A stretch of 64,000 nt of DNA, from assembly GCA_963816355.1 (NCBI GenBank), contig CAWFKH010000003.1, forward strand, positions 864,001-928,000, read 5' to 3'. This document shows positions 22,146 through 31,737 of this stretch, piece after piece. Both the position numbers and the translations under genes were made by a program. Below the pieces are notes generated by a model. The model was not told where the DNA came from, ran no database searches, and saw only the letters and a list, made by a program, of their open reading frames with translations. This DNA is from an uncultured Gemmatimonadales bacterium (GTDB taxonomy: Bacteria; Gemmatimonadota; Gemmatimonadetes; Longimicrobiales; RSA9). How positions within the stretch are numbered: position 1 is the first letter of the stretch; every line of letters begins with the position of its first letter.

Positions 22146-22206
22146 ACCGCCTTCTTGGAGGGCTATAGCAACCTCAGCTACTGCACAGCACTGTGCGGAG
22201 GTGACC

Positions 22207-22647
22207 ATGCGACGCGTCTTCGGCGTCGGTGTCATCCTCCTCCTGGTGACGATTCCCGGAAGGTTACGCGCGCAGGTCGGGGGTAACGGCCCTCCCACAA
22301 CGAACAACGGGGGGCTGAGCGTCGGGCAGAACTATCCGAATCCGTTCAACCCGCAGACGAAGATCCCGTTCGTTCTGAAGCAGGAGTTGTTCGAACGCGG
22401 ACGCGTCATCGTGACGATTCGGATCTACAATGTTCTCCACCAGCTCGTCGCGGTGCCCACGGCACTCGATCACCCCCTTGGCGCGGTGCCGGTGGAGCAC
22501 CTGGAGTACGCCTCGCCGGGTCGCAAGGAAGCGTTCTGGGACGGCAACGACCGGACCGGTCGTCAGGTTCCGTCCGGAATCTACCTCGCCCAGGTCCTGG
22601 TCGACGGCCTCAAGCCGGTCGTCATCAAGATGCTCGTCGCCAAATAG
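22207..22647 (+). CDS. Small exported protein consisting of a FlgD-Ig / T9SS type A CTD-like domain
   Basis: Signal peptide; QNYPNPFNPQTKIPF, IRIYNVL, WDGNDRTGRQVPSGIY, KMLVAK; RBS GGAGG. Confidence 0.85.
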   Translation: MRRVFGVGVILLLVTIPGRLRAQVGGNGPPTTNNGGLSVGQNYPNPFNPQTKIPFVLKQELFERGRVIVTIRIYNVLHQLVAVPTALDHPLGAVPVEHLEYASPGRKEAFWDGNDRTGRQVPSGIYLAQVLVDGLKPVVIKMLVAK

Positions 22648-22687
22648 GAGGGGGAGAGAAACGCACCACATCCTTGTTCGAGAAGAG

Positions 22688-22725
22688 GAGAGCGCCGGCG
22701 GGAAACCGCCGGCGCTCTCGTTTTG
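22688..22725. terminator. Rho-independent terminator between convergent genes
   Basis: Perfect 14-bp stem GAGAGCGCCGGCGG-GAAA-CCGCCGGCGCTCTC followed by GTTTT. Confidence 0.85.
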
Positions 22726-22759
22726 TATCGCCTCGGTGGTCTAGACCCAACTACTGATC

Positions 22760-23212
22760 TTACAGCGACTTGGACTGTAGCAGCTCGAGGAATTCCTCAG
22801 GTGTCTGGAGCGCGTCAAGCCGCTTCGGCACGTCCGGGTCCTTGGCGAACTGCGCGATCTTGCCGAGGACGGGCAGGTACTGGTTGCTGACCTCGAGCGG
22901 CGGGGCGACGATGAGGAAGAAGTAGCGCACCGGCTGGTCGTCGATCGCCTTGAAGTCGAGGCCGCGCGGCTTGCGTCCGAAGGCGACGCGGAGGCGGCTG
23001 ACGACGAGGGAGCGGCAGTGGGGGATCGCCATGCCGCGGCCGATGCCGGTGGAACCGAGGTTCTCGCGTCGCTTGAGCATCTTGAAGAGGATCCCCTCGC
23101 TCTTCTCGTCGAGCGCGAGGAGGGAGATGAGCTCCTTGAGGATCTCGTCCTTGGTGTCGCCCTCGAGGTCGAGCGTGACCACATCTTTATTGAAGAACTC
23201 CCTCAATTCCAT
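22760..23212 (-). CDS. ptsN: PTS EIIA (Ntr/fructose class)
   Basis: RENLGSTGIGRGMAIPH, FKAIDDQPV. Confidence 0.88.
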   Translation of the reverse strand: MELREFFNKDVVTLDLEGDTKDEILKELISLLALDEKSEGILFKMLKRRENLGSTGIGRGMAIPHCRSLVVSRLRVAFGRKPRGLDFKAIDDQPVRYFFLIVAPPLEVSNQYLPVLGKIAQFAKDPDVPKRLDALQTPEEFLELLQSKSL

Positions 23213-23371
23213 ACCAGCCTCCGGACATCTGATTCGACGTAACCCGACAGGCGGGGCAAAGATAAGCCGCCGCTCTCGGCGGTGTCAAAAGCGTGGAGCA
23301 GGGGCGGGAAGGGGAGCGCCCGGCGGGGCGGGGAACGGTTTCTCGCTTCGGAGAGGGGGTGGGGGCCGCGA

Positions 23372-23400
23372 TTGATGGGGTGGTGGGCACCGGTTAGATT
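23372..23400 (+). promoter_or_regulatory. Putative sigma70 promoter giving a leaderless dusB transcript
   Basis: TTGATG-N17-TAGATT, ending 6 nt before the GTG start; no SD. Confidence 0.55.
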
Positions 23401-23406
23401 CGGCCC

Positions 23407-24405
23407 GTGTTCGACTCACTTCTGAACCGGCTGCGGGACCCTCTGGACGTCCCGCTCTACCTCGCGCCGCAGGCGGGCGTGAGCGAGTCGCCGTTCCGGC
23501 GTCTGTGTCGGCGCTTCGGCGCCGACGTCGTGGTGAGCGAGTTCGTGAGCGCCGAGGGGATCCGGCGCGGCAGCGCGCGCACGCACGAGTACCTGCGCTT
23601 TCACGAGGTGGAGCGGCCGATCGGGGTGCAGATCTTCGGCTCCGACCCGCGGGCGATGGGCGAAGCGGCGGCGCTGGTGGCGGACGCGTACGGCCCGGAC
23701 TTCATCGACATCAACTTCGGCTGTCCGGTGAAGAAGGTGGTGAAGCGCAACGGCGGCTCGGGCTGCCTGCGGGACCTGCCACTGGTGCAGCGGATCGTGC
23801 GGGCGGTCGACGCGGCCACGCCGCTTCCCACCACCGTCAAGATCCGCAGCGGCTGGAGCGAGGCGCTGCGCGATCCGGTGGAGATCGGCCTGCGCTGTCA
23901 GGACGCGGGCGCGCGCGTCCTCACACTGCACCCGCGCACGCGCACCGAGATGTACTCCGGCGAGGCGCGCTGGGAGGAGATCGCGGCTGTGGTCGACGCG
24001 CTCGACATCCCCGTCGTCGGCAACGGGGACATCCGCACGGGCGACGACGCGCGCCGCATGTGGCGGGAGACGCGCTGCGCCGGCGTCATGATCGCGCGCG
24101 GCTCGCACGGGGCGCCGTGGATTTTCGCCGAGGCGCGTGCTGCGCTGCGGGGCGAGCCGGCGCCGTCGCCGCTCGCGGTGGAGGAGCGGTTCCGCGTCGT
24201 CCTCGAGCACGCGCGCAACGCGATCGCGTTCGAGGCGGACGAGGCGCGTGCGATGCGGGATTTCCGCAAGCACCTGGGTTGGTACACGAAGGGCCTTCCG
24301 GACGGCCGTGTGCTGCGCCAGGAGCTCTTCCACGTGACGACCCTCGCGCAGGCCGAAGCGCTGCTCCAGGGCTACCTCGCGCGCTTCGAGGCGGTGGCGG
24401 CTTGA
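23407..24405 (+). CDS. dusB: tRNA-dihydrouridine synthase B
   Basis: LAPQAGVS, QIFG, DINFGCP, TVKIR, HPRT, GNGDI, MIARG, RKHLGWY. Confidence 0.93.
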   Translation: MFDSLLNRLRDPLDVPLYLAPQAGVSESPFRRLCRRFGADVVVSEFVSAEGIRRGSARTHEYLRFHEVERPIGVQIFGSDPRAMGEAAALVADAYGPDFIDINFGCPVKKVVKRNGGSGCLRDLPLVQRIVRAVDAATPLPTTVKIRSGWSEALRDPVEIGLRCQDAGARVLTLHPRTRTEMYSGEARWEEIAAVVDALDIPVVGNGDIRTGDDARRMWRETRCAGVMIARGSHGAPWIFAEARAALRGEPAPSPLAVEERFRVVLEHARNAIAFEADEARAMRDFRKHLGWYTKGLPDGRVLRQELFHVTTLAQAEALLQGYLARFEAVAA

Positions 24406-25205
24406 GTCCGGAAGGGCTGCGGCGGCTCATGGACGCGGTCTCGCGGGGCGAGATCGCGCCCGCGGTCGCCGCGGAGCGCGTCGCGGCACTGGCGGTCGAG
24501 GCTGTGACCGCCGCGCCGGACGCGGAGCCGTTCGCGCGTCTGGACCACCACCGCCGCGCGCGCCAGGGCCACCCCGAGGTCGTCTTCGCGGAAGGGAAGA
24601 CCGCCGCGCAGGTGGTGCAGATCTGCGATCGCCTGCGCGAGCGGGCCGGCGCCTTCCTCGTGACGCGCGCGTCGCCCGACGTCGCCGGCGCCCTGCTCGC
24701 CCGTTTCCCGGGGGCCGCGCACAGCGAGGTCGCCCGCACCGTCCACCTCGCGGCCGAAACCTCGGCCTCCGAGGGGCCGCTCGAGACGATCGGCCCGATC
24801 GCCGTGGTGAGCGCCGGCACGGCGGACCTGCCGGTGGCCGAGGAGGCGGCGGTCACGGCGGAAGCGCTCGGCAACGACGTCGAGCGGCTCTACGACGTCG
24901 GCGTCGCCGGCCTCCATCGGCTGCTGGAGCGCACCGACGTCCTCCGCCGCGCCGCCGTCACGATCGTGGTGGCGGGCATGGAGGGGGCGCTGCCGTCCGT
25001 GGTGGGTGGCCTCGTCGCCGGCCCGGTCATCGCGGTCCCCACCAGCGTCGGCTACGGCGCCAGCTTCGGCGGCCTTGCCGCGCTCCTCTCGATGCTGACG
25101 AGCTGCGCCGCCGGCCTCACCGTGGTCAACATCGACAACGGCTTCGGCGCCGCCTTCGCCGCCACACGCATCAATCAGATCCATCGCCACCTCGCCGGCC
25201 GCTGA
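24402..25205 (+). CDS. larB: Nickel-pincer cofactor biosynthesis protein LarB (PurE-like)
   Basis: ARLDHHR, PEVVFAEGK, AGTADLPVAEEA, DVGVAGLHR, AGMEGALPS, VVNIDNGFGAA; start TTG 24402 or ATG 24429. Confidence 0.92.
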   Translation: MSPEGLRRLMDAVSRGEIAPAVAAERVAALAVEAVTAAPDAEPFARLDHHRRARQGHPEVVFAEGKTAAQVVQICDRLRERAGAFLVTRASPDVAGALLARFPGAAHSEVARTVHLAAETSASEGPLETIGPIAVVSAGTADLPVAEEAAVTAEALGNDVERLYDVGVAGLHRLLERTDVLRRAAVTIVVAGMEGALPSVVGGLVAGPVIAVPTSVGYGASFGGLAALLSMLTSCAAGLTVVNIDNGFGAAFAATRINQIHRHLAGR

Positions 25206-26689
25206 TGCAACGGCCGCCGCCGCGCCCCGACACGCAGCCCGGCGAAGCGTGGTTCGCGGCCGCCGCCGGCGAGACGAGCGCCGACGAGCAGCTGCGCCGG
25301 CTGCTCGAGCGCATTCGCGCCGCGGCGGGCGCGGCCCGCGCGGTCCTCTGGGACACCGATCCCGAGGGGCTGCGCGCGCGCCCCGCGTTCGTCGCCGGCG
25401 GCCCGCCTCCCGGACCCGTGCCGCTGCGCGGCGATCCGCTGCACTGGGTGTGGCAGGAGGGGGTTCCGATCCGCCTCGAGCGGGCGCCCTCCTGGACGGC
25501 GACCGACGGCGGAACGTGGGTCCTGCCGCTCACCCCCTCCACCGCCGTCGCCACGCTGCTCACGCTCGAATACGCGGCCGATGCCGCCACGCCGGACGCA
25601 GCGACGTCGCTCGAACCCTACGCGGCGCTCGTCGCCGCCGCCCTCGCCGCGCTGCGGCGCGAGACCGCGGCCGTCGAGGCGCGCCGTCGCCTGGACGACA
25701 TCCTGGCGACCGTGCGCGACCTGCCCCGCCACCTCGCCGCCGAGCGCGTCGCGCCCCAGCTCGCCGACGCCGCGCGGCGCCTCGTCGCCGGGACCGGAGC
25801 CCTCGTCGCCATCTGGAGTGAGACGACCGGCGAGGTCGTGGCGACGGCCGGCGAGGATGGCGGTCCGCGCGTCGGCTCGACGATCGAGGCCGACACCGAG
25901 CTGGCCCTCGCCGCCCGCGCGGGCGCCCCGATCGTGCGCGAGGATCCACGCCGCCGCGCGTCCGCGCCTCCGCTGGCGACGCGCGATGAGCGCTGGGCCG
26001 GCCGTCCGCTCACCCTCGCCGTGGTTCCCCTCAGCGACGCCCACAATCGCGTGCTCGGCCTCGTCGCCGCCTGGAGCTCATCCGCACGACGCCTCGACGA
26101 GGCGGGCCTGGACGCGCTCCGCTCGATCGCGCCCTACGCGGCGCTGCAGCTCCAGCACGCCGTCGAGTTCTCCTCCGCCCGCCGCTCCGCCGTCCTCGAC
26201 CCGCTCACCGCCCTCGCCAACCGCCGCGCCTTCGACGAGCGCTTCGCCGACTCCGCCGCCCACTTCCGGCGCTATCGACGGCCGCTCGCGCTCCTCCTCC
26301 TCGACCTCGACCATTTCAAGCGGGTCAACGACAGCCTGGGTCACGAGGCCGGCGACGCCGTGCTGCGCGCCGCCGCAGGCGCCCTTGCCGCGTGCGTCCG
26401 CGAAACCGACCTCGCCGCCCGCTTCGGCGGCGAGGAGTTCGCCATCCTCGCCCACGAGGCGAGCCTCGCCGAGGCCGCACGGCTCGCCGAACGCGCCCGC
26501 CAGGCGGTCGAGGCGCTGCGCGTCGAGTGGGGAGGCAAGCCCGTGCCGGTCCGCGTCTCGATCGGCGTCGCCGCCTGCCCCGAAAGCGTCGAGGACCCCG
26601 CCGAGCTGATCGCCGCCGCCGACGCGGCGCTCTACCGCGCCAAGGAGGAGGGGCGGAACCGGGTGACCACGGCGGCCGACGAGCCGTGA
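25205..26689 (+). CDS. GAF-domain diguanylate cyclase
   Basis: DPLTALANRR, DLDHFKRVNDSLGHEAGD, RETDLAARFGGEEF (RxxD I-site plus GGEEF). Confidence 0.93.
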   Translation: MQRPPPRPDTQPGEAWFAAAAGETSADEQLRRLLERIRAAAGAARAVLWDTDPEGLRARPAFVAGGPPPGPVPLRGDPLHWVWQEGVPIRLERAPSWTATDGGTWVLPLTPSTAVATLLTLEYAADAATPDAATSLEPYAALVAAALAALRRETAAVEARRRLDDILATVRDLPRHLAAERVAPQLADAARRLVAGTGALVAIWSETTGEVVATAGEDGGPRVGSTIEADTELALAARAGAPIVREDPRRRASAPPLATRDERWAGRPLTLAVVPLSDAHNRVLGLVAAWSSSARRLDEAGLDALRSIAPYAALQLQHAVEFSSARRSAVLDPLTALANRRAFDERFADSAAHFRRYRRPLALLLLDLDHFKRVNDSLGHEAGDAVLRAAAGALAACVRETDLAARFGGEEFAILAHEASLAEAARLAERARQAVEALRVEWGGKPVPVRVSIGVAACPESVEDPAELIAAADAALYRAKEEGRNRVTTAADEP

Positions 26690-26700
26690 ACGACGCGGGC

Positions 26701-26783
26701 CCGGTGAGCCGCGAAGGACGGGGGCCGGCGAGCCGCGAAGGACGGGGCCGGTGAGCCGTGAAGGACGGGGCCGGCGAGCCGCC
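26701..26783. repeat. Tandem repeat of a 23-24 bp unit, about 3.5 copies
   Basis: CCGGYGAGCCGYGAAGGACGGGG(G) units start at 26701, 26725, 26748 and 26771. Confidence 0.9.
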
Positions 26784-26802
26784 ACCGGAACGGCGTCGCG
26801 GC

Positions 26803-26831
26803 TTGACCTAAACCACGGAAACGGCTAGCTT
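26803..26831 (+). promoter_or_regulatory. Putative ssrA promoter
   Basis: TTGACC-N17-TAGCTT, 13 nt before the tmRNA 5' end. Confidence 0.7.
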
Positions 26832-26844
26832 TAGGGCAGTATCC

Positions 26845-27203
26845 GGGGCCGACACTGGATTCGACGTGTTTGGTGAGGTCGGCGCTGCGTGCCGAGGTTC
26901 CGTTACCTCGTAAATCAACGGAAACAAAGTACAAGTGCCAACTCTCAAATGGCGCTGGCTGCGTAAGTAACCTTGCGCACCCGTCTTTCACTGCACCGGG
27001 CCCGAGGTGAGGTGGAAGGCGACGACTGAATCGGGCTGGCTTCCGGCGTGGCCGCTTCGCCGGAGGCGAGATTCACAGCGGCTGGCTCGTGAGGAGGCGG
27101 TCCACCGGCCGCCGATCGGGCGAGAAATCAAACGGCGGACTACGCACGTAGACGCGACGGCGGATCGATTCACGGACGCGGGTTCGACTCCCGCCGGCTC
27201 CAC
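26845..27203 (+). ncRNA. ssrA: tmRNA; tag peptide (A)ANSQMALAA at 26937-26966
   Basis: 5' GGGGCCGAC..GGATTCGAC; 3' T-arm GCGGGTTCGACTCCCGC followed by CGGCTCCA; tag frame ending LAA-TAA. Confidence 0.96.
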
Positions 27204-27228
27204 TTGACAGGACCTGCAGGTTGAAGGA

Positions 27229-27272
27229 CAGCCGCCCGGTCAGAATTGCGAAAATTCTGGCCGGGCGGTTTT
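27229..27272. terminator. Terminator after ssrA, probably bidirectional
   Basis: GCCGCCCGGTCAGAATT / AATTCTGGCCGGGCGGT stem followed by TTT. Confidence 0.8.
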
Positions 27273-27366
27273 GCATCGGGGCTCGTCTCGTTGCCCACAC
27301 CTGAGGCCACACGCCGCGCGCTGTCATGACGGGATTCGGCGACGGACGCGTCGTCAGGTCCCGTCG

Positions 27367-29662
27367 TCAGGTGCCGCCCGACTCCCGCGCCGCCCGGGCC
27401 AGGATGCGGCGGGCGGCCTCGACGCGCGGCTGCAGCTCGGCATCGGCGCCGCCCCACAGCTCGACGACGGCGGAGGCGTGCTTCGCCGCCTCTGCCTGGT
27501 CGCCGGCCTCTTCGTTGAGCTGGGCGAGGCGCGCGTGCACCGGCACCAGCAGCGTCGCGTCGGTCAGGACCAACGGGTCGGGCAGTGCACCATACGACCA
27601 CGGCGTTGACGAGGAACCGGTCGTACGCCGCGATGGCCGAATCACGCTGCCCGAGCGCGTCGTAGGCCCGACCGAGCAGGGCGTCGACGGGCGCGGGCCA
27701 GGTCGTGCTCTGTCGCGCCTGCCGGAGATCGGCCACCGCGACCTGAGGGTTCCTCTGCCGCAGCGCCAGGAACGCGTCGGCCGCATGGAGCACCCACGCG
27801 TCGCTCCAGCGAGCCGGCTCCGGCACTTCCGCGTCGTAGAGTGCGCGTGCCCTGCGGGACGTCTCGGTGTCTCCGCCGACCGCGGTGGCCAGCGCGACCT
27901 GCGCCAGGTCCTGACCGTGCAGCGCGAGCTCGCCGGCCGCCGCGCTGTCGACCCGGGCCCGCAGCCATGCAAGTCCGCTCGTGTCCCCCAGAACGATGAT
28001 CGGATCGACGACACCGAACCAGTGTGCCAGCTGGCCTGCACCGGGAGCGTCGCTCTCCGCCAGGTGATGCGCGGCCTCCTTCCAGTGGCCGCGGACCCGG
28101 TCGGACATCACCTGAGTCACGCCGGGCCCCAGCGCGTGCACCGAGTCCCACTGCTCCCGCGCCGCCAGGGCCAACATCTGGAGAACCGCGACGTTCTGGC
28201 TGCCGGGCAGGTCGGAGAGTGCACGCTGCACGGCCGAGTCCGCCGCCTCGACGCGGCCCGCGTCGAGGCGAGCGACTACCAGATTCCAGTGTCCCACCCA
28301 GTTCTCGGGAGCCGTGTCAACGGCACGCTCCGCCGTCGCGGCCGCCTGGTCCCACTCGCCCGCGTTCCAGTACGCATCGCTGAGCCCCATCCAGGCCCTG
28401 GCGTTGAGGCTGTCGCGAAGCACGGCTTCCCTGCCTTCCTCGATCGCCGCATCGTGATCCCCGACCATTCCGGCTCGCAGCGCCTGCACGTAGATGACGC
28501 GGCTGTCGTCGAGTCGGTCCCTGTGCGCGAGGGCGTGGTCGACGGCATCCAGCGCCGCCGCGATGTTGCCGCTGTTGTAGCGATAGATGGCGAGGTTCAC
28601 CCAGGCCCAGGCAAAGGTGGAATCGAGTTGCAGCGCCTCCTCGGCGAGCCGTATCGCGCGCGGCCGGTCTCCGGCGACTTCCTCCCGGAAAGACTCCACG
28701 GCCAGTCGCAGCGCGGGCAGCGACGGCGTGGTGACCTGGGTGAGAGGCGAGGAAGCGCGGACGGTCTTCAGCGATTCGCCGATGCCCTCCCGCAGGTCGT
28801 GCGAAAGTGCGCCGATCGCCTGCACGATCTGCGTCGAGTCGTCCGCCGTTTCCCGGAACGTCGCGAGCGTGCGGCCCGAGTCGGCCGTGACTACGCTCGA
28901 CGTCAGGATGTAGCCGCCGCCGGCACGGCCCACTTCTCCCTCGATGAGCGCCTTCAATCCCAGACGGAGCGCGACCTCTCGAGCCGTCGCGGCATCCAGC
29001 CGGGAGTCGGCCGGCAGCACCATGCGCCGCAGGGTCTCCTGAATCCGCGTGCGGTCGGCCACCGTGACGAACGTGGACTGCTCCAGGTCCGCGCGCAGAC
29101 CCTCCGTCACGACGGCAGCGAGCGACGAGTCGCCGCTCAATGCGACGAACTCGGACATGACGAGCGGCGTGCGCTCGTCCAGCGATCCGCTCGAAACGAG
29201 CGTCGCGGCCGGCCCGATGCCCAGGGTGCGCATGGCCAGGAACCCGGTGGCGCCGAGGCCGAGAAGCGCGAAGGCCAGGACGCCCGCCGTGATCGCTTTC
29301 GGCCAGGTCAGCAGCCGGCGCTTCGGACGTTCGGACGCGGCGCGGCGGCGGTGTTCGGGCTGGTCAGGCTCCGGATCCGCCGCGACCGGCGCTAGTGGCA
29401 TCGTTTCATTCGAGCGATCGAGTGGCAGCCCCTCCTGCACGAACGCGGTCGCCAGCACGACGGGAAGACCGATGATGAAGAGGACGATCGCGAAAGGCGG
29501 CACCCAGTCGGGGAGGCCGACGCCCTGCGTCAGATCGAGGATCACCTGGTATCCGACCCAGGAGCCCACCACGTAGAGACCCAGCACCTGCCATAGGGAG
29601 CGGCGGTGCGCTTCCGAGATCAGGCGGCGAAGCCGGTCGAGGAGCCTTGGAGGGGTCGCCAT
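27367..29662 (-). CDS. Membrane-anchored TPR protein with TolB-like region; frameshift near 27610
   Basis: N-terminal RRSLWQVLGLYVVGSW TM segments, DLEQS, VTTPSLPAL, TPR-like repeats; the natural-looking C-terminus (LWGGADAELQPRVEAARRIL) is in another frame that stops at 27367. Confidence 0.75.
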
Positions 29663-29826
29663 GAACGCCGGGGCACAGGGGAGCGCCGCATTACCGCCGG
29701 AAGCCTGCGAGACCGGACACGGAACGACGCGGTGAGGATCGCTATCCGCCTGATCTTACACCGGCGGGCAACGCGTTTCCAGCTTTTCGTGCGGGCGAAC
29801 CGCTGATACCGCCTCGGACCTGGCGC

Positions 29827-30066
29827 CTACAGCGCCATCCAGCGGAACAGCTCGAACAACAGCGCGCCCACGAGGGCGGCAGCCGGAATCGTGGCCAGCC
29901 ACGAGTTCACGATGTTGCGGATCATGCGGATGTTGAGGGCGCCGATGCCGTGGGCGAAGCCGACGCCGATGACGCCGCCCACCAGTGTGTGGGTCGTCGA
30001 CACGGGCAGCCCCATGCGGCTGGCGACCAGGACCGTTGTGGCGGCGCCGAACCCGACGCTGAACCC
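29827..30066 (-). pseudogene. 3' fragment of a PiT-family inorganic phosphate transporter
   Basis: GFSVGFGAATTVLVASRMGLPVSTTHTLVGGVIGVG...IVNSWLATIP; no N-terminal part. Confidence 0.85.
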
Positions 30067-30069
30067 GCA

Positions 30070-30465
30070 CGGTCGGAGCCGTGGATCCGGACGGAGGCGT
30101 CGAGGCTGAAGCCGCCGGTGCCCTGCCAGGTGAGCATGTCGTCGACGGTGGGGCTCGAGGAGGCCGCGGCGTTGGAAGAGGCGCAGGATGCGGCGCTGGA
30201 GGACGGGCGTGAGGGTGGTGGCATCGGCGAAGAAGTGAGTGGCCTCATCGAAGCGGACTTCGCCGTCCACGGTCCCGGTGAAGACGCCATCGAGGACCAC
30301 GACGTGGAAGTGGAAGTGGGCGTTGAGGGAGGAGCCGAAGCGGTGGAGGAAGGAGACTGCGCCGATCTGGGCGTCGGGACCGGCGCCCGGGCTGGCGTGG
30401 CGCAGGCGGGTGCGGACCGCCCGGAGCAGGATCCGGAGCACGGCGCCGGCAAGGGCGGGATCGTG
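30070..30465 (-). mobile_element. Internal fragment of an IS91-family transposase (copy A)
   Basis: FLHRFGSSLNAHFHFHVVVLDG HUH motif, GGFSLDASV; near-identical to 34861-35262. Confidence 0.88.
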
Positions 30466-31035
30466 GACACGGTGCTGGCCGCGGCCCGCTCGGAGATTCG
30501 CAGGGGCCAGCCGTTCCTGGGCCACGTCATCCTGCTCACGGCGGATGGGAAGTCCTTCGCCTATCCGATCCACGACGTGCCGCGCTCCTCGACGCACGAC
30601 CGCCGGCGGACCAACGAAATGGCCGCCCGGAAGGCCGCCGTGCGCGACATGGTGATCGCGCGCGACCTGGACGTGCTCGCGGTCGTTGCGGTCGCGGAGG
30701 CCTGGGTCAGCGAGGCGTCGCTCGAGGGCGAGGCCGAGCCGTTCAAGCTGCCGCTCAAGGGGATCCATCCGTGGATGGACCCGGACCGCTCGGAAGCGCT
30801 CGTCGCGTCGGTCAGCACGACCGAGGCGGGCCGGATCGGCATGGCGCCCATCGTCCGCAGCGGCGGCGTCCTGGACGAAGGGCCGGGCCGCGTCGGAGCG
30901 TTGAACTGGCAGCCCATGGCCGGGGATTCGGCGCTAATGGACGGGCTGTTCGCCACCACGGTGATCGAGCCGGCCGCGGAGCACGAGCGAGCGGAGCGGG
31001 CCGGGCGTGTGCTCTCGACCGGAGGCCCGAGCTGA
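30463..31035 (+). CDS. Hypothetical protein, possibly 5'-truncated by the IS fragment
   Basis: Protein-like frame (VVAVAEAW...PDRSEAL) with GC-rich third positions, starting at the IS junction. Confidence 0.5.
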   Translation: MDTVLAAARSEIRRGQPFLGHVILLTADGKSFAYPIHDVPRSSTHDRRRTNEMAARKAAVRDMVIARDLDVLAVVAVAEAWVSEASLEGEAEPFKLPLKGIHPWMDPDRSEALVASVSTTEAGRIGMAPIVRSGGVLDEGPGRVGALNWQPMAGDSALMDGLFATTVIEPAAEHERAERAGRVLSTGGPS

Positions 31036-31165
31036 AGGCGGGGTGCTCCCGTAGCGTTACACGTTCCCGGAATGTGCATTATGGGCAGGCGGTAACGCTC
31101 CCGGGGCCCGGCCGACGCCGCTGAAGCCCGGGCCCGTCACGCACGTCCCGCGTCGAGCGAGGGGC

Positions 31166-31208
31166 TGGACCCGAACCCGCCACTTGGTTAGATTGAGTGT
31201 ACCAAATG
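31166..31208 (+). promoter_or_regulatory. TA operon promoter with inverted-repeat operator
   Basis: TGGACC-N17-TAGATT; CACTTGGT...ACCAAATG inverted repeat spanning the -10. Confidence 0.5.
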
Positions 31209-31736
31209 ATCTGGAGCGGAACCATGGCGGCAGCACGCGGGGCGACGGCAGAGGCGTTGGCGGGAACCGGGACGGGCGATGCGTTCTGGGCCGACCTGCT
31301 GGACGGCGAGCGACGGCTGCTGGACCTCGAGCAGATGACGATGCTCGAGCGGGTCGAGCTCGTTCGCAACGGCGTACCGGCCGGGGTGCTCCCGTTCCTT
31401 GGCGAGGCCATGGAGGTCTCCAAGGACCGGCTCTACCACACCATCGGTCTGCCGCGCTCCACGGGCGAGCGCAAGGTCCGCGAGGGCGCGCGGCTGGACG
31501 CGGACCAGAGCGAACGGGTCCTCGGCCTGGCCCGCCTGATCGGACGCGTTCAGCAGATCGTCGAGGAATCGGGCGACCCGACCGACTTCGATGCCGCGCG
31601 CTGGGTGGCCGACTGGCTGGATGAGCCGTTGACGGCGCTGGGCGGCCGCCGTCCGGCCGACCTGATGGACACGGCCGAGGGACGCGCCCTGGTGCTCAGC
31701 TTCGTCGGCCAGATGCAGGCCGGAACGTACGCCTGA
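31206..31736 (+). CDS. Xre/MbcA/ParS-type antitoxin
   Basis: VRNGVP, LDADQSERVLGLARL, WLDEPLTALGGRRPADLMDTAEG, ends GTYA; start may be 31224. Confidence 0.9.
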   Translation: MIWSGTMAAARGATAEALAGTGTGDAFWADLLDGERRLLDLEQMTMLERVELVRNGVPAGVLPFLGEAMEVSKDRLYHTIGLPRSTGERKVREGARLDADQSERVLGLARLIGRVQQIVEESGDPTDFDAARWVADWLDEPLTALGGRRPADLMDTAEGRALVLSFVGQMQAGTYA

Positions 31737-31737
31737 G

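Noticed and set aside
22067..22206. tRNA-Sec (selC) next to selB
   Set aside because: GTTCGA and TCA occur, but with no acceptor stem, D arm, CTTCAAA anticodon loop or long variable arm in the right order
26701..26783. CRISPR array
   Set aside because: Units are contiguous with no unique spacers, and no cas genes are present
27170..27366. TPR ORF extending antisense into the tmRNA 3' end
   Set aside because: Artefact of the frameshift near 27610; the natural C-terminus stops at 27367
29950..30462. Acidic N-terminal half of the 361-aa plus-strand ORF
   Set aside because: It is the antisense reading of the IS91 fragment; the same peptide recurs at 34872-35262
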